Positions 27,534-39,526 are shown, counted from the first letter of the stretch. The stretch is DNA of 64,000 bases from Octopus sinensis (GCF_006345805.1 NC_043006.1:33046001-33110000), one strand, 5' to 3'. The notes: a model not told the origin generated them from the letters alone. Translations and numbers: made by a program.

Positions 27534-28293
27534 AGTCCGCGCGTTTGAACCTTTGGCTTCTAATATGAAATAATTAATTGTACCTAAATTTCAGGGGAAA
27601 ATGTTCTACCTCCTCAAATACAAAACTCCTAAAACCCCTTCGATGTTCCATACATATTTGTTTCGTAAAAATAAACAAAAAAATAAGACTAAGAAATAAG
27701 TGGAAATTTTACCGGTGAGTGTGTTACATTATAAGGCACAAAAAGAAAATGACTCTCCCCAAACACAACAGAACACATATTTGTCTTTTCCGTATATTTT
27801 AATCCGAAGCGACAATTGTTCTAACAATGATTAAAACAAGAGTCGAATGTAAAGCTTTCATGAGGGATGTCTAATGTTTTTAACTTGATGTAATCTTCTT
27901 AGTAGTTAATGTAGTTTTAAATAACCGTTAGCAAAAATTAATTTATACAATCGGTAAGCTGTGTAGCTTAATCTTTTCCAATGCATTCTGTATTCTTTAA
28001 GCTTTGCTTAACGACGAATAGCACAATATAATTTCGTTTATATACGGCAGACTTTTCTTCGGTTATTTCGACAATAAAGTGAATAATGAATATTCAAATA
28101 TTACGTAGCAAATTAAAGGAGAAAAACGCGAATGTTTTGATTTTTTTCATCAACAATCTATCATTTCTTTGCGTGTTTGATTCTTACATACATTCATGCC
28201 AACGAACGTGCAGACGGACATACTTCTTTGGTTAAGCACACATATATGATAATTTGTTTATGCAAGCATATATATATACATATATACATATAC

Positions 28294-28392
<99 letters not shown>

Positions 28393-28819
28393 TACCAACT
28401 ATATACAAGATTTGCAAAAGAAAAATTTAGCTAGTATACCCATGAGTCAATTTTAATGAAAGTATGTCTGGTTTAATTGGTTTAATAATCCTTTCATAAT
28501 TTGTCTCGACAACTTTAATTTCACATCAGAAATTAAATTATTTTCCATTATGTTTAGAGAAGGTTTAGGGTTGGATGCACTTTGCAATTGATACAGGCTT
28601 AATATGAGTGGTATATCTCGTCATTTCATTCTGTAAATGGCATTTAACAAATTGAGAAGTACTTAATACAAACGCATATTTGAGTGAAAGTGAAAACCAT
28701 TTGATTATCGATTTTGTAATGAGGCACTCTATTCATGATGACACCAGCTACATTGGATCCAGTTGTATTGGAATCATGTACATGTTCTTCACATTGTCAC
28801 TTGTATTTCTAGCAGAAAG

Positions 28820-29215
28820 GCGGCGAGCTGGCAGAAACGTTAGCACGCAGGGCGAAATGCTTAGCGGTATTTCGTCTGCCGTTACGTTCTGAGTTCAAAT
28901 TCCGCCGAGGTCGACTTTGCCTTTCATCCTTTCGGGGGTCAATAAATTAAGTACCAGTTACGCACTGGGGTCGATGTAATCGACTTAATCCGTTTGTCTG
29001 TCCTTGTTTGTCCTCTCTGTGTTTAGCTCTTGTGGGTAGTAAAGAAATAGATATTTCGTCTGTCTTTACGTTCTGGGTTTAAATTCCGCCGAGGTCGACT
29101 TTGCCTTTCATCCTTTCGGGGTCGATAAATTAAGTACCAGCTGCGTACTGGGGTCGATCTAATCGACTGGGCCACTTCCCAAAAATTTTGGGCCTTGTGC
29201 CTAGAGTAGAAACGA
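28820..29215 (+). mobile_element. SINE family B, dimeric form
   Basis: Core ttctgagttcaaattccgccgaggtcgactttgcctttcatcctttcggggtcgataaattaagtaccag present twice. Confidence 0.9.
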
Positions 29216-31199
29216 ATAATGATTTGACATTTGAAAGAGGGTGCAAACTCTAAGGCATACTTGAAACTACTGACATAGTTGTTCCTTAGATGAACCATAT
29301 CTTGAAGTTTAAGACCCCTGTAGAGTGCTTCTATTATGGGCCTGTCGTAAACAAAGTATAGCAGCAGGAAGCAGTGATTTTTATTGGAAAGATGTAGAAA
29401 TAGACCACTTTTTGGGTAGATTTGTCCTTATAATCAAAAGTTCACAAGAATTCTTCTTTTCTGATGATGTTCTCTGCAAAGGAAGTCATTTAGAAAATAA
29501 ATATATATTTTTTAATGTTTTAAAAAAAAAAACAAATGGATTCCCAAGTAGTGATATCAATAAACCCTCCAGGGTCTGCAATGGAGCTGCAGAAACTCGT
29601 AGAGAAGCTACTTCATTTCCACACTACATTGCATTTATCCTTTTTTTCTATTTTTTGGCCAAGCATTTGTCATAAAGTTTGGACATGTTACCATGATACC
29701 ATTTGAAACCATTCTTTAAGAATTATCAGAGTCATGAACAGGATCATAGTCGAAGACATCCCTTTTCCAAAGCTCTTGCATGTGTGGCCTGTTCATAGTG
29801 CCTGTTCGTCTTACCTTTTGAGCTTTCTGTCTGGTCTGCTCTGAGCTGAGCTCGAATTCATGATGTCTTTGTGCAGCCTGTCAGGCAGCGTTTTGTTGCG
29901 GGCGAACGAGTCGTTCATCAGGCGACTCCATTTTTTAATGGTCTGATTGACTAGTAACATTCTATTTACAGCAAGTATCACTTTTTCTATGAGACCCAAT
30001 TTTTCTACAAGCAGCATTTCAAGCAGCATTAGTTTCGTCTCTGTTGACACTCTCAATTTTTTTCTGCTACTCTCAGAGCATACTTGCCCTTTGTAGATGA
30101 AGATGTCGAAGGCGAAGCGGTTTTTGTTTTTGTTTCTTTTTGTAGCGTCAAGGAAGGAAATGCGTTATTAAAAGCGCCTTTCTTCTTATAGCAAGGATAA
30201 AAAATATTCTGAAAATGAAATAGGAAAAAAATAAGAAGCAAGAAGCAATACAAAGGTTGATGTTGTCGAATGATATTTTTATAGCTGATGCTGACCGGAA
30301 GCCATAAGTTAAAGATAAATTGTAAACATATAATTTCAAGAAATGTAAAATAAAGAAATCGATTGTCAGAACATAAAGACATGTAAACAAAGACTGTTTG
30401 GGGACAGGTGTTGTCTTAATAACTTTCTATGTCTAGCGTCCGAAGAAGCTGGAAAAGTTTCCAGCGGAAGAATGTTGAGAGAGAGAAAGAGGGGGAAGAA
30501 AGGAGAAAGAGAGAGAGACAGAGAGAAATACATAGCAATGGAAACTGTTTTTAAGAATTAGCTGTTACTGAGGAAAACAATACCATAAGTGAAACGAGAA
30601 AGGGATATAAAGGAGATTGTCAGTTATCAATGGCGAGAGGAGGGGAGAGAGCGTATGTGGTAAATGAAAGATGATAAGGAATGATAGAAGTGAAGTGAAG
30701 AGGGTCTGAAGTGGATGAACAAATAATTGAGAAGGAAGGAGAGGACTCAAGGAATTCAATGACAATGGAGAGAAATATAAACAAAGATTGTGTTGTGGCA
30801 AATAATTGTTTTGAATAAAATAACATTTGATATCAAAGGATTTGGAAAAACACTAGGAAAATTGTATGAGGACTATTAAGTGTGGAAAGGTGAAGAGAAG
30901 TAGGAAAGAGACAGAAGGAAAGAGAGAGAGAGAGAGAGCAACATATAGCGAGAGAAACAGGAGTAGATATAAATGACGAACGATTGAGGGGAAGAGTGAG
31001 GTGGAGAAGGTGAACATGATCAATTAAGAAAGAATGGGAATTAGAAAAAAAGTAGAACATGCAGAGTGTGAAGGAAAGCAGAAGAGGAGGAACAAACGTG
31101 GATTACAGAGCAATGAAAGCCTGGGGAGGGAAATCAGGCACACACACACACACACACAGAAATAACGCAAACTTTTTAACATGAACACAGCTAAAACAC

Positions 31200-31345
31200 A
31201 CAGTGAATATAGGCCGAGATACGGATGCTGACATTTCGAAGAGAATAAGGGCAGGGTGGGAAGCGTTTACCTCAATAAAGACGAGGAACTACGATGGGTT
31301 CCGAAGCAAAGGGCCGAGGAAGGATTCATGAAAGGAAAATAAAAG
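31200..31345 (+). mobile_element. Internally deleted RTE-clade LINE fragment
   Basis: Translates IGRDTDADISKRIRAGWEAFTSIK (RTE-type I.KRI..GW.AF motif), then LRWVPKQRAEE resembling the RTE C-terminal W.P..R.RG motif. Confidence 0.55.
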
Positions 31346-31742
31346 AAGCCATTACTATTATTGTTGTTGCTGCTGTTGCTGTTGTTGTTGTTGTTGCTGC
31401 TTTTACGCTACTACATGCTAATTTACTTAGCATTTATTTTTATCTTGAAGTTTAGTGACAACAAATCTTCTCAAATCTCAATAATCTTCCTTGGGATTCT
31501 TGCAAAATGTAGGATGGCATTTTTCTGCAGATTGACAATTCCAGTTTCAATTCCATGCTCTTTTAGTCCTTTTACATAGCATTTCATTCAGGTGCTGTGC
31601 CAAATTCGCCAATTATCACAGTAATTCTTGTTATGCTGGTCTACCAGTCTGCTCAGCTCTATGGCTACATCCTGATATTTCTCAATATTTTCGATTTCTT
31701 TGGTGTCCACATTGAGTAGGGCACAAAGTTCGCTTATACAAG

Positions 31743-31804
<62 letters not shown>

Positions 31805-32161
31805 CAAAGTGAGATAGGGGTTATGAGTGTAACCCTCTATGGGATAACATATATCCAATATACTGCCAGTAAAGCACCCAGAAATGCTAATACATAAATG
31901 CTAAGAATTGCAATGCAATTAATTCATTTATTGTATTATATGGGCGAAGGTAAAATGTTTTCCCTCAAATTCATAATACAAAATAAGAAAATGGAGGAAT
32001 ATATTTTAATCAATCATCAACTACTAGATAATACCAATTCATATAATTTATTAACTAATTATATAGGAACATCCAAATCAAACATAGTAATACAGAATAA
32101 AACAGTTCGCATCAATGAGTAATATAATACCATAAGTACAATATGTATAAATAAATATAAA

Positions 32162-32342
32162 TATAAAATAGATCTTACAGCTGTTTCAGCCATGTAGATA
32201 AGAGTATCTCTTTATGCTCATATTAGCCAGGTGAATTAAGGTAATATGTGGTTATAAATGAGATACTTATATATAAGTATCTCATTTATAACCACATATT
32301 ACCTTAATTCACCTGGCTAAACAGCTGTAAAATCTATTTTAT
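32162..32342. repeat. Nested palindrome with perfect 98-bp core (32223-32320)
   Basis: ttagccagg..gagatacttata|tataagtatctc..cctggctaa; outer arms tataaaatagat..acagctgt. Confidence 0.9.
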
Positions 32343-32423
<81 letters not shown>

Positions 32424-33656
32424 AAGATAGATAGATAGCCAGAAGAAGGTAAAGAGGAACAAAAGGAAAAAGAAAGAAAGGAAGAAAGGAAAAAGAGAAG
32501 AGCAAAGCAAAAGACTTTCAGTGGTGACCACACCACACCTGTTATTTTATTTGGAGGGGTCACCATCATCAAACCCATTTCAATACAATGGTAAATAACT
32601 AAGTGAATAAATGAATGATGAATATGAAGGGGATTCCCCTTTCCCTCCTCTCTCTCCCTCTCTCCCTCTCTACCTATCTATCCATCTATCTGTCTCTCTG
32701 TCTATCTATCAACCTACCTACCTACATATCTTTCCAACCACTTATCTCCATTGTCATGGAACCTGTGCCATAAAAACATAAACAAAAACAATGTTCTCCT
32801 CTTCTAAACAACCCAATCACCACCACCACCACCATCACCAAAAAACAAACATTTGTTTTATATAAATGAATAAGCTGTTTGTACATTCATAAAATTCTAT
32901 TTGACAAGTTCGAGAAACGAAGGAAAGCGCTATTAATAATGAATAAATAAAAAGTTTCTCTTCCAAACTTCTGGCGGCCTTTTTTCTCAATATTCAATAT
33001 CTGTACACAACACCTAACACTCTATACATAAATGTATGTATGTATGTATGTATGTATGTATGTATGTATGTATGTATGTATGTATGTATGTATGCATACA
33101 TGTATGTATGTATGTATGTATGTATGTATGTATGTATGTATGTATGTATGTATGTATGTAGGCACAGGAGTGGCTGTGTTGTAAGAAGCTTACCAAGCAC
33201 ATGGTTCCAGGTTCATTCCTGCATCGTGGCACCTTTTCAATATTTCCTTCTATCGTTTGTCGTCGATAGCACAAACTCTCAGCTCAAAGTAACATCTTAA
33301 AATCTAAATAACACGATAAAGATACGTGTTTGCCGTCTGTTCTTCCTACCTAACAGTGACACGTAAACACACTGTCTGGTTCTGTTATCTACGACAATTT
33401 CGTAAAGATACGAAGAGTCTGGAACCATCGCGTATTTCCTTAGTGTTGGTCTATGAAAAGATTACGTCTAAGCAACGCCTTACTTTTATTGTACTATCTA
33501 GATAGCAGTTTGTGATATCATAAACACCTATATCTCGAATATGATTTTGTACATTTCTATAAGCTTATAGTTCTTTGCATGAAGAAATACTGTTTCAAAG
33601 AGATTTCGATCCAAATATTTACACAGTTTTTTTTCTGACATTTCTTAAATTTATAG

Positions 33657-33742
33657 ATAAATCTCACATTTTTGTTCAATATAATGAGAATATTAATCAC
33701 CAAACTTCGTGAAAGCCACACTAATGAAGCAGAAACACTAAG
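33657..33742 (+). CDS. PDFR: Class B GPCR (PDF-receptor-like) exon, TM5/ICL3: INLTFLFNIMRILITKLRESHTNEAETL(R)
   Basis: Acceptor tttcttaaatttatag and donor AG|gtaagt; 86 nt, phase 0 to 2. Class B motif NxxFLxNIxRILxTKLR. Confidence 0.92.
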
Positions 33743-34519
33743 GTAAGTAAGAAACATCTTTGAATATAATAATATGAACGTATAAATATTTTATTTTTTC
33801 ATGAAGAAAGGTCTTTTAAATCCTTTGCACGACTATGTGAACTGCTATTTTCAATTCTTTCTTATGATGAAGGAAACCGGTGTTATGGTAATATTTCTAT
33901 GCAATCATTTAGTGGTTGCATATCCATGGATTATTGTTCATCCTGTCTGCTAATTATGAACATTACGATTATTACGTAGCTCTGAGCTTCCAGAAACAGC
34001 TATCGAGTTAATAAACTATGCAGTGTCTTCTTACGTATTCATATGTTATTTTGCTTTGATTCTCTTATAACTGACTTCAATATTCATGCCACCAGGGCTC
34101 TATAGTATTGGTTTCGTAACCCAGAAGGGACAAAAAAATATAGTTGAGTTGTTGTATGCAAAACAGTGTGTCCAAACCACATACCATCAAAATATACTGA
34201 GTCGCAATCTGATATTTGCTGGTCGAATACTGCATTCTCTGTCAGATTTAGCCCTTTATACAGACATCCTGTTACCAAGAAAGCAATCCCGTTACTTCGG
34301 TAATTTGTAGTGGAATCTTCCACCCAGCTACAACTGCTTTTGATAATGTAGTCCTAGGTGTTTAAAGCAAGAGTAAAAGATGATATGGCTGTACCTGATC
34401 ATAGAATAAAGAACACCCTCATCATACGGCCGTGGAATATCTCGTTTAAAAATATTCTATTGAACGAAATCCTAATTATTAAAATGAAGAATAAATATCT
34501 CTTTCTACTATATGCACAG

Positions 34520-34680
34520 GATCTGAAATGTTGTGGTGGTAGGGTTAGTCGATTAAATCGACCCCAGTACTCAACTGATAATCCTTTTATTGACCGATAG
34601 ACCGCGAAATGACGAAAAGTCGGCCTTTGCGAAATTTGAATTCAGAACGTAAAGAAGCCGGCATGCTAACGATTCTGCAA
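34520..34680 (-). mobile_element. SINE family B (diverged)
   Basis: tcgattaaatcgaccccagtac..aaatttgaattcagaacgtaaag. Confidence 0.65.
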
Positions 34681-34767
34681 GATAAATATAAAAATTGAAA
34701 ATTGTACTTGTTTAATAAAGATCCAATACGTTGATTCAAGTGATGCCATTCTTATTTTCCATTCCAG

Positions 34768-34948
34768 AAAAGCTGTAAAAGCAGCTATAGTGCTTCTTCC
34801 GCTACTTGGGATTACCAACTTTGTTGTGATGATTGAACCGTCTCAAGAGAACGTAGCCCTCTTTGGGACCTGGGCCTACATATCATATTTCCTCATTTCC
34901 TTTCAGGGTTTTGGTATTTCATTGATATACTGCTTCCTTAATAGCGAG
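34768..34948 (+). CDS. PDFR: Class B GPCR (PDF-receptor-like) exon, TM6-ECL3-TM7: KAVKAAIVLLPLLGITNFVVMIEPSQENVALFGTWAYISYFLISFQGFGISLIYCFLNSE
   Basis: Acceptor ttattttccattccag and donor GAG|gtaagt; 181 nt, phase 2 to 0. RKAVxAAIVLLPLLGITN is PDFR-like, FQGxxxSLIYCFLNxE is the class B TM7 motif, and the phase-0 intron after NxE is conserved in the family. Confidence 0.95.
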
Positions 34949-35774
34949 GTAAGTCATTCCTACACAACTCTACACTAACAACAACCGATGTATTTACTGA
35001 ATGTTATTAATTCGATAATTATGTTATAAAGTGTTAATTAAATAAGCTGTGACAAATAAGTATTACTTCCAAAGTTTACTTGTTAATTATAACTAAGAGG
35101 CGTTGAAAAGAAAACGTGCTTTTAAAAGAATGCAGTTTTAAGGAATTTCTTCGGTACTTTACAGAAATCAAATTGGTTTCAAGTATTTCATAACAACATA
35201 AATGACTGACAGAAAAATATATCCAAATTTCCTTTTATTTTATTTCATTTTATTTCATATTATTTCATTTTATTTTACTTTTTTGTCCTATTAAATGAAG
35301 ACAAAGAAAATGTTAAAAGTGGATTTCAAGAGAAGACAAATAACTTCAAATATTGGAGAAATTCCTTGAAATGTAATTAAGTTGATCAAATAAATTATAA
35401 ATGTTAGTTCTTCATGTATTTCTGGCAACATTACGAGACATTTGTTCTTAAAAGTTATATGGAGTTGCCTTAAAGAGAAATGTGTATACAAGCTGCATTA
35501 TCCAAATATATTTCAGTATAATTCCACTAACATCGTAATATATTTAAGTTGTGGTCTGAATACCACAATTAAAATCTAGTAACACTTCAGATACATTCCA
35601 TGGAATGTATCTTTTTTCCTTGTAAATCTGGTGTTCTTGCCGGGGAATACTGAAATTGATTGAGTATTCTCTTCGTCCATTTCCAGTATCTTATCAAGAG
35701 TTTATCTGTGTGCCTCACGCGGGACAGAAAGCATATTGTAAATTAAGCGTACACAAAATCATTTTTGTGTTATA

Positions 35775-35925
35775 TATGTGTATATATATATATATTATAT
35801 ATATATATATATTATATATATGTATATATATGTATAAATATATATGTATATATATGTATATATATATATATATATGTATATATATGTATGTATATATATA
35901 TATATTATATATATATATAATATAT

Positions 35926-35975
<50 letters not shown>

Positions 35976-35998
35976 TATATTATATATATATATATATA

Positions 35999-36080
<82 letters not shown>
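35775..36080. repeat. (TA)n-rich tract
   Basis: Read directly; similar tracts at 5280-5430, 12675-12850, 37255-37620, 47980-48630 and 55955-56035. Confidence 0.95.
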
Positions 36081-36086
<6 letters not shown>

Positions 36087-36246
36087 GTTATCGCCATACT
36101 AATATGGCATTCTTATAAAATAAAAAAAAGCTGTCCGCTTATTAGCTCCATGAGGCCATCGCCTTAAGTTAGCTATTTGATACAAAAACTGTATCCATAT
36201 AACCTTCGAACAAGGAGGTCAGTCGCTCCACACTACTTGACCGGCA

Positions 36247-36287
36247 GCTACAGACGCGTTCGGGGTATTGCCCCTTTTCAATGCAGC
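36247..36287 (-). ncRNA. Hammerhead copy lacking one A of GAAA (defective or sequencing indel)
   Basis: Same as above but reads CCCCGAACGCGUC. Confidence 0.55.
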
Positions 36288-36606
36288 GTAGCCAGCCAGT
36301 AGGTGTCGCTTCCGACAATCCCTGTTCGATGGTTTTATTTACCTAGTTTCAGTGGAATACATCCACTTGTTTTCAATAATAGAAATATTAAAATAACTAA
36401 GTCTCTCTAAAAGAGAACAGCGGCAGCGTTCCCGAAAATAATAGTTATCGCCATACTAATATGGCATTCTTATAAAAATAAGAAAAAAACTGTCCGCTTA
36501 TTAGCCCCATGAGGCCATCGCCTTAAGTTAGCTATTTGACACACAAACTGTATCCATATAACCTTCGAACAAGGGAGGTCAGTCGCTCCACACTACTTGA
36601 CCGGCA

Positions 36607-36648
36607 GCTACAGACGCGTTTCGGGGTATTGCCCCTTTTCAATGCAGC
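36607..36648 (-). ncRNA. Minimal type I hammerhead ribozyme, U3-A8 core variant (second copy)
   Basis: Exact reverse complement of 36989-37030. Confidence 0.8.
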
Positions 36649-36988
36649 GTAGCCAGCCAGTAGGTGTCGCTTCCGACAATCTCTGTTCGATGGTTTTATT
36701 TACCTAGTTCGAAGGTTATATGGATACAGTTTGTGTATCAAATAGCTAACTTAAGGCGATGGCCTCATGGAGCTAATAAGCGGACAGCTTTTTTCTTATT
36801 TTTATAAGAATGCCATATTAGTATGGCGATAACTATTATTTTCCGGGAACGCTGCCGCTGTTCTCTTTTAGAGAGACTTAGTTATTTTAATATTCTATTA
36901 TGAAAAGAAGTGGATGTATTCCACTGAAACTAGGTAAATAAAACCATCGAACAGAGATTGTCGGAAGCGACACCTACTGGCTGGCTAC

Positions 36989-37030
36989 GCTGCATTGAAA
37001 AGGGGCAATACCCCGAAACGCGTCTGTAGC
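36989..37030 (+). ncRNA. Minimal type I hammerhead ribozyme, U3-A8 core variant
   Basis: GCUGCA-UUGAAAA-GGGG(CAAUA)CCCC-GAAA-C(GC)G-UC^UGUAGC. Stem I is 6 bp with one GU, stem II 4 GC pairs; predicted cut after 37024. Confidence 0.8.
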
Positions 37031-37286
37031 TGCGGTCAAGTAGTGTGGAGCGACTGACCTCCCTTGTTCGAAGGTTATATGGATACAGTTTGTGTATCAA
37101 ATAGCTAACTTAAGGCGATGGCCTCATGGAGCTAATAAGCGGACAGTTTTTCTTATTTTTATAAGAATGCCATATTAGTATGGCGATAACTATTATTTTC
37201 CGGGAACGCTGCCGCTGTTCTCTTTTAGAGAGACTTAGTTATTTTAATATTTCTATATATATATATATAATATATATATATTAGAT

Positions 37287-37386
<100 letters not shown>

Positions 37387-37429
37387 GTATATTATATATA
37401 TATGTGTGTGTGATATATATATATATATA

Positions 37430-37470
<41 letters not shown>

Positions 37471-38186
37471 TGTGTATATATATATATACATATATATATA
37501 TATACACACACACATATATATATTACACACATATATGTATGTATATATGTATGTATGCATGTATGTATGTTATGTATATATGTATATATGTATATATATA
37601 AATATGTATATTTATACATATATATATGCATGTGTGTAGATATATATATGTATATGTGTATATATATATTGTGTATTTGTATATATATACACGTATGTAT
37701 ATGTGTGTGTATGCGTATGTTTTTGTATATGTACATTATATAATCATATTATATACCTTCATGTATGACAATATATGTGTATGTGTGTGTGTGTGTGTGT
37801 GTGCGTGCATGCGTACATATATACCATTTACTAGCACTATACCAACCCGCTAGTATCATTGGTTTCTTGCGGGAGTAATCTCACTCCACATTTATTCTAA
37901 GACAGATTAAAGTAGGAATAACTGTGCACCATTAAATCTGACGCGAAAATCTCAACTCTAATGGAAATTTATCATTTCTACTTCATTTTCTATTTTGAAT
38001 ATAGGCCAGTTGAAATAAAGAAATAAAAAAAACCATAATATACAATTGATACACTTCTATTATTACAAGCAATATATATATATTTTATTCAACTACTCAT
38101 ATTCATTCTTCCAGTCTGTTGCAAACAAATATATCTGCGGGCGTGATTCTATATTTCATAAGTGTGGTGATTATATATAGGCATGC

Positions 38187-38237
<51 letters not shown>

Positions 38238-38246
38238 ATATATTAA

Positions 38247-38500
38247 TTAGGGTTAGTAAAATAAATTACTTTGCCACATACTGAACTTAGTAGAAATAGC
38301 AGCCCAAAAAAATTTTTTTTAGCCATTTCTACTACTTAAAGAAAATTCTCTCTCAGATAATGTTTACTCCAGACAGCTCACGAAGGTTTGGAGGTAAATA
38401 CAGAAAAATATCACAAGTACATAGATCGTTTGAGTACGTCAACGTTTCAAGATTAGCCAAATAAATCAGCATTTCTTTCGTCAGCTCAACATTTCTTAAT
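38247..38500 (-). mobile_element. Hammerhead-bearing repeat, solo copy of the family folded back at 56038-56490
   Basis: Shared start gttagtaaaataaattactttgccacatactga..agaaatagcagc. Confidence 0.75.
38430..38489 (-). ncRNA. Type I hammerhead ribozyme
   Basis: UUGAG-CUGACGA-AAGA(aau)GCUGA(uuuau)UUGGC(uaa)UCUU-GAAA-CGUUGACG-UA^CUCAA; all three stems pair. Confidence 0.85.
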
Positions 38501-38517
38501 TTGGATTTGGAACACAC

Positions 38518-38570
<53 letters not shown>

Positions 38571-38571
<1 letters not shown>

Positions 38572-38920
38572 GCGCGGGTGTAGCTGCGTGGCGCCTTGGA
38601 CAGGTATCTTCTATTATACCCTCGGGCCAACCAATGCTTTGTGAGTGGATTGGTGTAGACTGAAACAAGCCCATTGTATATATGTGTGTGTATGGCTGTG
38701 TTTGTTAACCCCCCCCCCCGCCATCGTTTGACGACCGATGCTGGTGTGTTTATGTTCTCGTAATCTAGCGGTTCGGCAAAATAGAGACCTGTATAATGAG
38801 TACTAGGCTTACAAAGAATAAGTCATGGGATCCATTTCTTCGACCAAAACCCTTTAAGGCGGTGCTCCAGCATGGCCGTAACCAAGTGACTGAAACAAGT
38901 AAAACAATAAAGGAATAAAA

Positions 38921-38922
<2 letters not shown>
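38571..38922 (+). mobile_element. SINE family A
   Basis: Body and tail match 27142-27533. Confidence 0.8.
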
Positions 38923-38973
<51 letters not shown>

Positions 38974-39162
38974 TATATATATTATGTTATTGTTTTGCTT
39001 GTTTCAAAGATGTATATAAGCGTGTATGTATGTGTGCGTATCATCGTTGCAATGTGGATGTTGAGCATTTTTATCATGTGTGTGTGTGTGTGTGTTAAAT
39101 AAAATGAGAGAACAAAGCCAATTTTGTGTGGAATTTTCAGGACATTTATAAGGAGAACGTTA

Positions 39163-39210
39163 GTCTTACAGCTGTTTCTGAGATATTAGGGATATCGCTT
39201 CATCAGAGAC
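39163..39210 (-). ncRNA. Type I hammerhead ribozyme (stem II partly decayed)
   Basis: GUCU-CUGAUGA-AGCGAUAU(cccua)AUAUCUCA-GAAA-CAGCUG-UA^AGAC; palindromic AGCU in stem III. Confidence 0.7.
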
Positions 39211-39526
39211 GATGCGAGATGGTTACATAGAGGGAAATAGTAGAGTTGAATATAAGCAATTATTTAGGAAAAGGATGGAAATAAAAAGTACAAATGGAAA
39301 TATGAGAATAAAAGTAAAAATAAAAATATATGTAAGATGTTATAGTTGCAGTTCCATTATGCAAGGAAATTGGTGTGTACAAATGGTAGAAATGCTTCTT
39401 GTCCGTGGTATGTAAATTCCGATCGGAGTTCAGATTTTGTCATTACAATTGGAAAGTGTGGAGACGTAGATTCCATGTGGTGTTCATTCAAAGGGAATTT
39501 GTGGTTTGTTGTGTGTGTGTATATAT

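Larger units (their letters stand above)
36081..37254. mobile_element. Tandem plus inverted array of a ~357-bp hammerhead-bearing unit (Penelope pLTR/retrozyme-like)
   Basis: Forward unit 36081-36437, partial forward 36438-36709, then the reverse-complement tandem 36708-37254; flanked by (TA)n. Confidence 0.8.

Noticed and set aside
33975-34010. GAAACAGCTATC hammerhead-like half
   Set aside because: No CUGANGA core upstream; remnant at most.
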